From positions 1 to 35,224 of the forward strand of contig BDIP01000060.1 in the NCBI GenBank assembly GCA_003568945.1: a stretch of DNA of 35,224 nucleotides, written 5' to 3'. The stretch is from Kipferlia bialata (Eukaryota). The position numbers and the translations under genes are program-made. Under the pieces are notes generated by a model. That model saw only the letters and a program-made list of their open reading frames with translations, had not been told where the DNA came from and did not search any database. Below are positions 13,643 to 23,700 of the stretch, in pieces (the stretch's first letter is position 1; every line of letters begins with the position of its first letter).

Positions 13643-15860
13643 TTATTCTCTCCTGGGGACGCTGTACCCCCACTTCATGTCTGGGTGGGGGTAAAACACC
13701 TTAGGCTGGAACTGACACACGGAAGTGCGGTTGTGGGCCCCAGCTGAGTCAGAATATTAGTAGTATATTGTCTGAATACATAGTGTACACTCCTGCTGAG
13801 TCAGAATAACAATAATAGAGAGAGAGAGAGGTTTCGATGGTACTTTCCTTTAGAAATAGTCCGCTTTGCAGAATCATAAGTTATGATTCTGCAACATGTG
13901 AGTGTATGGTTATCCGACAAAGCTGAATATCATATATAGTCATATATATAGTGTGTGTGTGTGTACATATAGTGTACATATAATCACTACACATATAGTG
14001 TATTTATAGTGTATATATAGTGTACATATAGTGTGTAGTATATACTTAGTGTATATATAGTGTGTATGTAGTACATATATATTGTGTACCAGTATATATG
14101 TATACATATACTAGACCTAGCACTTAAAACTACCTATAAGGGCCGTGTTCTCGTTCTGCATCACGCCATGGGGGCTGAAAATCTCTCCTTCCCACTCTTT
14201 CCACACCTCGACAACCCCGCACACTGTGTCAAATGCAACAACCATCGACCTGCCTGAGGTTAAGACACCATGACTTCTAGAGTGATTCTACTTGAATCAG
14301 ATTGAGAAGCAGATAGACGACATTCCTCATACCTGGTATTGAAGAATAATAGAGAGAATTAGAGAGAGAGAAGAGAGAGAGAGAGAGACCTCTGACGCCT
14401 ATGACTATGTACTGCCCCACAGCGAGGGCTGCTCCGGGGCAAAGGCAGTACCGACAGATAGGGAGGAGAGCACTAGGTACCGCTATGTCACCCTCCACTA
14501 CCCACCCTCTGGCCTTGCGGAATGTGATGTGGCGGGGATCCCTGTCCACACTGCTATTAATATATATATATATATAACTATATATATATATATATATATG
14601 ACTAGTTAGCAGAGAATGAGGTGGAATCCAGCGTAATCCTTGACCTAGGAGAGGATATGTACATTCTCTTGATTGCCAATTATATAGTCAACTATCTTCA
14701 GTATCAGTACCTGATGAAGTGCACTGTGTCTCCCATCAGCGCATGTGCGTATTCAAAGAGTGGCGCGGGGCTATCGGCAAGTGGGGTGAACCCACCACTC
14801 AAGGGGTCTAGCATCCAGGCCTTCTTGCCACTCCTCTTTGGGGTCCATCCTCCTATGTAGAAACCCTCACAGACAAGAACCTGAGGGGGTGGATGGATAT
14901 ACGAGAATATAGTCTATTATATATAGATGTGTCAAACTATGGAGTAAGAGAGAGAGAGAGAGAACATGATACCTCTCCCTCCAGCGCTACCAATGGACCC
15001 CAGTGATGCTCGATGCCGTCTTGCTCTCTCTCGGATGGGTCAGTGGGTGTCATGTAGTCTATTCTGCCTGGTGCACATCGCCCTGCCAGTGTGCTCTGTC
15101 TACCCTCAGTATCAGCATCAGTAACAACATCTTCAGTATCAGTATCAGCATGAGTAACAACATCTTCAGTATCAGTACCTTGCCGGCGCCCTCTCCCTCT
15201 AACCAAGTGCATAGGTCACACCCGAGGAAAGTGTGTGTCTTGGTGCTATATCCCACAAGAATGCCCTATGATTAGTTACTTAACACAGGAGGTATCACGT
15301 AGGTGTTCCATACTTGAACCTCAGGTACCCCTAAGCCCCAACATAGGTAGCAAGTGTGTTACCTGTGGTAGTACCGCATTCTCTTTGTCTACACCCTCTA
15401 GCGGCCCTGGAGAGTCGCCCAATAGAGGTGCACCGGAATAGTCGAGCTTGGCCTTGAAAGAACCAGACTCATCCTCCTGCCTATCACTCAAAGACATGAA
15501 TCTGCTACAGTCCTATTAGGCAGGATGTGTGGATATACGTATACATACATATACTTAGTATAGTTGAGCCTTTCTAGTGTATCTATACACACATACTTGT
15601 ACCTCTGTCGTGACACCTACTACTTGGGGAGTCTTAGGGCCCCTCGAGGGTCTACTGAAGTACTTGTTCTCACTTGGGGCCGTGTATACCGCATTCCTAT
15701 ACAGCTGAAGGCGGGGGAGCAGAGTAAAGCCAATCTCGCTGGTCTCAACTGCTCTCTCTCTCTCTCCCATCCTCTCCCTCTCTCCCTCTCTCTCCCCCAT
15801 CCTCTCCCTCTCCCTCTCTCTCCGTGTCTCTCCGTGTGGCAAGATTGACGATTCCTGGTG
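13643..15860 (-). CDS. Kelch-like beta-propeller protein; 5' exons unresolved
   Basis: Phase-consistent 3' exons: ...-14973 (HWGPLVALEGE); 14880-14711 (VLVCEGFYIGGWTPKRSGKKAWMLDPLSGGFTPLADSPAPLFEYAHALMGDTVHFI, a Kelch-like repeat); 14550-14390 (HITFRKARGWVVEGD..ALAVGQYIVIG); 14253-14134 (MVVAFDTVCG..); 13743-13643 (..VFYPHPDMKWGYSVPRRE*). Candidate upstream exons between ~15100 and 15860 could not be fixed. Confidence 0.6.
13866..13894. repeat. Perfect 14-bp inverted repeat with 1-nt spacer
   Basis: TTGCAGAATCATAA-G-TTATGATTCTGCAA. Confidence 0.95.
13930..14110. repeat. AT-rich degenerate (TA)n/(TATATAGTG)n simple repeat, intronic
   Basis: Repeated tatatagtg/tagtgt units inside the predicted last intron of the Kelch-like gene. 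Confidence 0.85.
15106..15177. repeat. 33-bp tandem duplication (~2 copies)
   Basis: tcagtatcagcat[c/g]agtaacaacatcttcagta starts at 15106 and 15139; reads DTDTEDVVT[H/D]A on the minus strand. Confidence 0.85.
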
Positions 15861-16036
15861 TTAGGAAAAGACACATGCTACTGAAGTAGTTTCAATCATG
15901 TCACATACCACTCTATCTCTATATATACTTCCAAAATGGATACATGTCAGAGTATGATTGCTGTCAGTGCCAGTGTCCATAAAGAAACTGGTGGTGTTAC
16001 ATCTATGAGATGTTGTGACACGGTAAGAGAGAACAC

Positions 16037-16125
16037 GGGGGGGGAGAGAGGGTATAGAGAGGGAGAGGGGGGGGAGAGGGAGACGGGGGCGGGGGGGGGG
16101 GGGGGGGGAAAAAAAAAAAGGGGGG

Positions 16126-16161
<36 letters not shown>
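16037..16161. repeat. Poly-G/GA low-complexity tract; probable assembly junction or poorly sequenced stretch
   Basis: Long G runs interrupted by an A run. The kinesin gene stops here and an unrelated gene continues on the other side. Confidence 0.75.
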
Positions 16162-16163
<2 letters not shown>

Positions 16164-16293
16164 TGTATTCTAGTAACCCAGCCCAGCCACATGTCCTCCT
16201 ATGACGGAATACACACATAGTAACACAAAAAGAGACATAATGATTAACACAATATGGATGTGAGTGTATTGACTTATATACAATACCCTGTAC

Positions 16294-16647
16294 CTGGTAC
16301 ATGTCCTCCTGGGATGCATCTGTCATGACCTTGTCCAGCGTGAAGTGCATCGTCTTGGCATGGTGGTCCAGATACTCAGCCTTCCTAGGTATTAGTGCAT
16401 ATATATATATATGACTGTGTACACATAGACCAAGTGTTACCTGCCCAGCTCCACATTGACAGTCTTGCCATCGGACACAGTCACCTGGCAGTCAGTCCCC
16501 AATCAAAATACACATACATCAGAGCATATCAGGTGTCTCATATGCATACAACATGCAGAATGTGGACAGTCGTACCTGGTCATTTGCATTGCTCGTGGGG
16601 CGCAGACGCACGAACACATTCACAGTGCTCTGCTTAGACCCGCCCAT
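16294..16647 (-). CDS. Kinesin motor N-terminus, kinesin-9 (KIF9/KIF6)-like; 3'-truncated
   Basis: Exons 16647-16576, 16484-16441 and 16384-16294 give MGGSKQSTVNVFVRLRPTSNANDQ-VTVSDGKTVNVELGR-KAEYLDHHAKTMHFTLDKVMTDASQEDMYQ. It has the kinesin beta-1 motif V.VRLRP and the F.LD.V..DASQ..Y motif typical of KIF9. No P-loop exon (GQTGxGKT) is visible downstream. Confidence 0.8.
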
Positions 16648-16848
16648 AATAGTACTTACTGGCCTCTCTCTGGCACAGGGGGTGTATGGGAGTGCAGGGG
16701 GACGGTAGAAGCAGTGAATGACAGCACGAGAGAGAAATCCTTGTTTTTTGGCCTACACCCTTCACCGAGTGTTTTTGAGGTCTTGGCAAAAGAGGGTGTA
16801 GGCCCTGGATCAGTATATAGCTTCTACTCGCCTGGCCTTGTGTGCACT
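16648..16848. promoter_or_regulatory. Putative bidirectional promoter region (~200 bp) between the divergent kinesin and GCKR-like start codons
   Basis: ATGs at 16647 (-) and 16849 (+) point away from each other; no specific motif is supported. Confidence 0.5.
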
Positions 16849-17347
16849 ATGGGGCTCAGGATCACCGAGCAGCGCAACCCCATTACGGATGACATAGATA
16901 TAGTGACCCCAGCTGAGATTTTCCGGTTACTTGGGAAGGTGAGGGACTGGTGATAATTGGTACATAGGTGCATCTGATACTGTGTTGTCTTACTGCACCA
17001 CAAGTGTATTCAGTGCTCAATATCTTCGCTTGGAAGAAGTATTCGTGCTAGCGAGTAGCACTCGTTGTGTGCAAGAGCACCATCTCTATTACGACCTGGT
17101 GTATCCACCCCCCATATCTTGACTCTAGGTCTCTGATGGTCTTGTTACCTCTCTATACATATACATATGGATATATACATACACACCAAATACCCATTCC
17201 CTCACGCTGCATTGACCCGCCCTGCCCCTGACTGTCAGGTTGATGCCCAGCTCTATGCCTCCCCCTCCCTGGCTGACCCTGGGGTCAGGGCCAGTATCCA
17301 GAGGGTGGCAGACTGGGTGGCAGAGCAGGGGGAGGATGGGAAGGTAT

Positions 17348-17393
<46 letters not shown>

Positions 17394-20300
17394 ACGTGGA
17401 TGTGTCTGCACATGTCGCATGGAAAGGCATGACCCACTGGCTGCTTGGTCTCTCTCTCTCTCTCTCTCCCCCTCCCCCCCAGCCTGTGTCTGTGACCATG
17501 GGTGGGGCCGGCACCAGTGGCAGGCTGGCATACTTCGTAGCAAGGTATATTTTCTCTAGGTTTCTCTGATCTATATTTTCACCTCCTCTCTTTCTGACCC
17601 AAAGGGCCTGCCTTCTTCCAGCCTTCTCTCTCTCCCTCTCATTCTGCTATCCTTCACCTAGCATCTCTGTCTACTATAAGAGTATGTATATGCCCTGACC
17701 CCCAGGTGTCTTACCGAGAGACTGGCTGGTACCGACGCTGCACCCTCCCTCTCCTTCCACTACCTGATAGCAGGGGGGGACAGGGCACTCGTCAGGGCTC
17801 AGGTACGGGTTGTGTATGTATATACATATATACTCTATGCATGTACACTAGTATACACCCCCCCCCCCAGGAGAGTGCCGAGGACAGCAGTGTCCTGGCA
17901 GTCCAGGACTATGCCAGGGTGGCAGCAGGCCCAGCGGCAAAGGCATACATCGGAATATCAGCAGGTGTGCTACTTAGATATATACTATATATATACTTAC
18001 TGGCCCTAACCCCTAGGCATGAGTGCCCCCTACGTGTCTTCTCTCTCTCTCTCTCTCTCTCTCTTTATGTATATATATATGTGTGTATATATATACTAGC
18101 ACTAACCCCTAGGCATGAGTGCCCCCTACGTGGCTGTGCAGGCTGTGGAGGCCATGCACCAAGGGGAGGGGGAGATACCAACACCTAGACATGTGTGCAT
18201 ATTCGGATGCAACCCTCCATCCCAGGTAGGCATAGATGTTAGTATACATGTATGTGCTGTATATCTACAGTGTGCACACCCCTCAGCCCTCACCCCTCCA
18301 GGCCAGGGCCATGCCCATCGAGTACCTGAGGACAGAGGGTGGGGAGGAGAGGGGGTTCAGAGACATCCTGCAGGAGCTGCTGACCCTCTCCCCCTCCCCC
18401 TCCCTCTCCTCCTCTGTCATCAACCCCATTGTCGCACCGGAGGGTATCGCAGGCAGCAGTAGGATGAAGGTGAGTATACATATAGATATATACTTGCTGC
18501 TGTTTGTATACTATCCCTCACTCTGCCAGGGCGGCACCTCGACCCTCATTGCCATGTATGCCGCCCTTCTCCCCCCTGTGCTACAGAGGCTAGGGGGTGC
18601 CGAGGCCTCAGTCACCTCAGAGCATGTGCTGGACGCTGTGGAGAGGGGGGTGGGTGCACTCTATGCGGCAGAGGGACATGCAGATGCCATGGCCACTCTG
18701 ATAGAGGGGGCAGCTGAGGCCCTGGCAGGAGGTATCCCTCACTCATAGATATGATATGGATTACAGTCACCCCCCAATCCCAGACCACTCCATCGTGTAC
18801 TGCTGTGAGGACATTGACGACTCAATCGTGGCATTTATCGACGCAAGGTACTCTATGTGTGTGTGTATAGCTACCGTCATTGTTTCTTTACAATACAGAT
18901 GTATGTATATCCATGGTGTTTGTGGATGTATTTGATTGATGACTGCTTCATTTCAGATTCATATACGCCATGTATAGATACAATTCTTTCAGGTTCGCAA
19001 TGTGCGTCGCATACATGCATACATAATCCATATTGATACCCCCTAGAGGGTACCCTCCACGTGTAGAAGTTGGTGTCATATGGATGTGGTCATTCATTCT
19101 ATATTCCATCACTCGCTCACCGCCAGCGAGTGCCCCCCCACCTTTGGCAGTGGGTGGCATGACGTCAAGTGCCTGATAGAGGGTGGGTGGGACAGGGTGC
19201 TGGAGGGCATGGGAAAGACAGAGGCAGAGAGAGACGGGCTCAGGGACTACCACCCGCTCAGGTACAGTCCAGTATTGATACTCCTCTACACTTCACTGTA
19301 TCTATGATTGATATGTATACTTTAGTAATAGTGGTAATTAGTGGAGTGTATGTATAAGTATCTCACCCTAGGTACACGTCTGGCGATGTCGAGGGAGAGA
19401 CCGCCTCCGTGTCAGAGGGAGACCTGGTGATACTGATACCACAGGTAGATATGTCCATATGCATCTAGGCCATCCTCAACCGATACTGACACCAGACCCC
19501 TGGGTGGGTCCCCCAGTGGCTGAGGGAGAGGCGCAGCACTGAGGCTGGCAGGAGTGAGTCCCTCTCTGTTGTGTCTCTGGAGATAGGTGTTGACACTGAC
19601 ATGGATGTGAGGGTATCGGTCAGGGCAGGTGCAGGAGGCGATACCCCCAGCGTGTGCTGCCCACCCCCCTCTGCCCTGTCTGCTGTGGTCAGACATGTCT
19701 GCACCAAGCTGTGCCTCAATGCTATCACGACAGGGGCACACATATGCCGCGGCAAGACACTAGGTGGGACACACAAACATACATACCTCACACGCAATCT
19801 CTCTCTCATTCCAGGCAACCGCATGATCGACCTATCTGTCTCCAACAGTAAGCTGTATGTGCGTGCCTGCAACCTGATCACTGAGATAGTGGGGGGGGCA
19901 GGCCTGACCCTTGGGGATGGCGAGGCAGAGGCAGCCCTGCTCAGAAGCATATACATCACAGACAACATCGAGGTGGGGGTCAACATTGGCCTACATACCA
20001 CATTTGTCATGCCCTCTCTCTCCTCCTATCGTTGGACCAACCTCATGCTGTCTCCCTCTCTCTCTTCTCCCCTCCAGCCCATGCTCTCCCTACCAGTGGA
20101 GGACCACATTGCTAAGGCAGTGCGCATGCACAAGGTATAGTGCCCAACCACTACATGTTATTCATTGTGAAGTGAGTATATACACTCTGTTGTCTGTCAC
20201 TATTTACTAGATTGGATAGTTAGTCCACAGGCTTTCTGCATAATGCCGTATTCCATAATACATATAGGAAGAATGGTTAATGGAGGATAGTGGGTGAATT

Positions 20301-20514
20301 AGTATGCTATAGTACTCATCACAGGTTCTCTTTGATTTCCTCTGTGTATGCACTCTCCACTTCACCACTTCACTGACACCAGGTCCTCCCCGTTGCGGTG
20401 TGTCTAGCCCTTCTGCAGGCCAAGGGAGAGACTGTGTCTGTGCAGGGGGTCAGAGACACCATACTCACAGAGCCAGTGGTCAGAAACGCAGTCAAGGCGC
20501 TTATGAAGCACTAA
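16849..20514 (+). CDS. GCKR-like: Glucokinase regulatory protein-like / MurQ (MurNAc-6-P etherase)-derived double-SIS protein, ~605 aa
   Basis: Exons 16849-16938, 17239-17343, 17483-17544, 17706-17802, 17871-17964, 18113-18225, 18302-18469, 18530-18731, 18784-18847, 19127-19261, 19372-19444, 19496-19763, 19815-19972, 20078-20134, 20383-20514 (1,818 nt). Motifs: ITEQRNPITDDID, GAGTSGRLA, YLIAGGDRAL, ESAED, IGISAGMSAPYV, APEGIAGSSRMKGGT, IDASECPPTFG, KLCLNAITTGAH..GK..GNRMIDLSVSNSKLY.RA. Confidence 0.9.
17349..17391. repeat. (CT)n microsatellite, intronic
   Basis: Pure CT run after the donor at 17344. Confidence 0.9.
18006..18132 (+). repeat. 31-bp exact direct repeat spanning a branch point, acceptor AG and exon start
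   Basis: ctaacccctaggcatgagtgccccctacgtg at 18006-18036 and 18102-18132, separated by (CT)n/(AT)n. Confidence 0.9.
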
Positions 20515-20781
20515 AGACTCGATTGTGTGTATTGTGTGTTTAAAGGTCATGGCTTGAATAATTGTATTTGGGCTAAAGAGAGACCGAGTATACCATTTCA
20601 AAATGGAGCTATCATCCATCTCGTGCTCCTTCTCAGTGAGTGAGAAGCCATCCACCAGAATCTGGCGATCCCTGGAGTGTAGGGAGAAGGATGCTGCCAC
20701 AGCTACACCCTTCTCTCAAAAATCCCTACACGCTCCAATCATGACTTGACAAGTGAGACTTCTCCTCTCAGTATTCAGAAG

Positions 20782-23700
20782 ATGAGGGCCGCTCTGCTGC
20801 TCTGTCTGTTGATACTGGTCTTTGGGACCCTGTACACGAGTGCATCTCCTTCTGATGTCCTCGATGGACGTTCTAGCGCCTCAGAGAGCCGGTTTTCGAG
20901 GCACAATCCCTTTTCTGCCAGAAGAGGTGGGCAATCCGACGCCCTTCCCGACTCCGACCCTCTGCTGCAGCTGGATGATACCCCTGTACCCTCTACTAAT
21001 GTGAAGACAGAGGATGACGAGCCCCTGCCCTTCGATGGCGTCCTCCCCCTCCCCGTCTACTTCTCACCTGTTGAGGTGGGGGAGACGCTCCTGTATGTGG
21101 ACCTCATGGGTAGGGCAGAGGATTGGTTCAGGGTGACCTATGACTGTTATGGCGGCACCAACAACTGCAGCACCAGCAAGGAGATGAGTGTCACTGTCCA
21201 GCAGCCCTACACACCGATACTGGCCATATACCCCCAGGTACCAGCTCTACACGCTTTCCGTACACTGATTGTATTGTAGCCCACCTCACACATAGGGTTC
21301 AGACACTGCCACCACCACTCCTGAGCCTGTCTCTATTACGTTGGACCCTGAGACTGGCCTGTACACCGTCCCTCTCCCTACTGGCCTGGAGAGAGGCATC
21401 CTCGACATAGAGGTCACAGTCAAGGTGGGGGGAGTTTGTACTCCTTGTGTATCCACAGTTCCCACTTAGGAGTCCTAGCTGGTCATATACCCCTGTCCTC
21501 CCCTGTCCCCCCAGTCCCTGACCCCAGGACTGCACTGTCACCCACCCCGAGACTGACTCCTACCCCATCAGCATGGTCACAGAGGTGATGGACGTCACAG
21601 AGACACTCCAGACATACGTCTACACAGACACAGTCCCCTTCAACCACGACTCCTTGATCCATGGTGCGGCACTACTTACGATATTGTAGTCTACAGCAAG
21701 CAGTATACAATACATCGAGACTTGAGTCAAGGAAGGCATACTGCACCCTTATGACATTTCTTGGTACTAACTGCACCCTTATGTCCCACTTTTTGTTGTA
21801 TCATCATTCTAACCTCATGCCTTCCCTCCGAGACAGACTTCTGGGACGGGTCCTCTGTGTCAGTAGATGGTCTGTACGCCGCCTTTGGGGTCCCCTACAG
21901 GTACAATATTTGGTTTTCGGTTACTGTATCCCTCATTTCAGTTGCTATGGGTAAGGAATGCTACTGACACAGGTGGGAAGAAAGGTGTTACCACTGTAGC
22001 TACGTGCTTGACGAGACCTTCGCCGGTAGTGTGCATCTCTATGGCAGGCCTACCGCCATGGCCCCCTGGGCACTGCTGCAGACCATCACTCCCTCTGAGA
22101 CACTCTCCGGCACTGAGTTGCTGCAGTTTGGAACCTCTATTGCACTGCGGGTGGATGAGAGTGGGGGGGTGACCCTAGCCGTGACTGCGCCAGGTGCCCA
22201 GGGAGAGGGTGTGGAGGAGGGGCAGAGCGGCAGGGTGCTGGTGTACACCGGGACACCCGGTGCCTCCGTGCTGGATCTCTCTCTCTCCCTCTCGGACTCA
22301 GTCCCCTGTCCCCTCTCCACCCCTGTTCCGTCCTCCTCCTCTAACTCCGATACTGTCCTTCACATGGTACGTGTGATTGTTATACTCACATATATACCCT
22401 TCATGACTACACATATATCCGGAACCCATTCAGGCTGATTCTCATTAGCCTAATTGACCCACGTCTCCTCCATTCTAGATATGTGTGTACTCATCATCTC
22501 CGTCCCCCTTCCATGCCTACCTGTCTATCTATCTATCTATCTGTCTATCTGTCTATCTAACCCCCAGTCCATGACCGAGTCCCTCATCGCCATAGCAGAC
22601 GTGGCCTATGTCAATGCAGATGAGTCCTTAGGTGCTGTACACATGCTGCATAGGGATGAGGCATCCCTCGAGTGGGCTGTCAGCAGGAGCCCCAAGCCAG
22701 TGGACCACCCCACAGGTGCCCTCCCTCTCTGCCTAAGTATACCTCAGTATATCTACCTCCCTCTCCCGTCCCCCTCTCCCCCTTCATACTGTTGACAGCA
22801 GGTCTCTCCTTTGGCGCACACTGCTCCCTAGACCCCTCTGGCACTAGGCTGGCAGTCAGCACCAGTCTAGCGGAGGGCAGGTGCAGTATATGCCTTCTCA
22901 TCCCCTCTCTGTATATGGTTAAGTGTACACTGGTGACCACATGTTTGTGTGGATGTATGTACTCCAACATTCAGGGACGTGGAGCTACAGACGGCTGCGT
23001 ACCTCTTCACCCCTGTGCTGAGTGGGGGGGACGTGGTGTGGATGCAGCACAGTGAGATCAGTGTCACAGACATGTCGTGGATCGAGTACAGGACCGAGGA
23101 CTGGGACTATGAGCCATTCCAGGTGTCAACTGATGCGTACAGGTACAGTTCATCAAACCTTGGTGTTTGTGTCGATATATAGTGCTCTATTCTTTCCCTT
23201 CTACGACGCTTGCGAACCTCTGGGTTATCGGTCATCTCCACTACATATGTGTCTCTCTGTGACTGGGGCTAACTCATAGGTTTAGTGTGTCCGTCTTTGA
23301 TGGCACCCTGGCCCTTCTTAGTGCTGGGCTGGACCTGGACCAATACTCCAGTACCAAATCCTACTTAGACCTCCTGTCTATCGACGACGAGGGAGGTCTC
23401 ACCCACGTCTGGACTCTGTCACGCTATAGTGCCCTGCGGAGTGTGACGTTGGCAGAGACCTCAGACGGTACTCTCTATGCGGCATACTCTGGCTGGTCAA
23501 ACCAAGTCTCCCTCGCCAAGGTTGCTGAGAGTGGCAGTTACGTCGACATTGAAGGCACCAGCTACGAGGTATTCACCGGAGGTGACGTGTTTGCCTTCGA
23601 TGGAGAGACGGTGGTAGGGGCGGGGGGTAACAACCAGAGTGAGATCACCACAGTGGAGACAGGTTAGTGATGATGAGCTGCAGGGGTTGGCTAGTAATTG

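Noticed and set aside
13665..13693. 9-bp stem hairpin (tacccccac...gtgggggta) resembling a terminator or Helitron end
   Set aside because: It lies in the last coding exon of the Kelch-like gene (YPH..WGY codons), and no CTRR end or other element features are present.
13743..13808. Two TGAGTCA (AP-1-like) motifs
   Set aside because: Better explained as the reverse complement of ctgactcag branch point/acceptor sequences.
15106..15177. 33-bp repeats as a possible CRISPR-like array
   Set aside because: Only two adjacent copies with no spacers, in a eukaryotic context.
15936..16350. Poly-Pro and poly-Gly ORFs
   Set aside because: Translations of the G homopolymer tract; only the MHFTLDK..MYQ part is a real (kinesin) exon.
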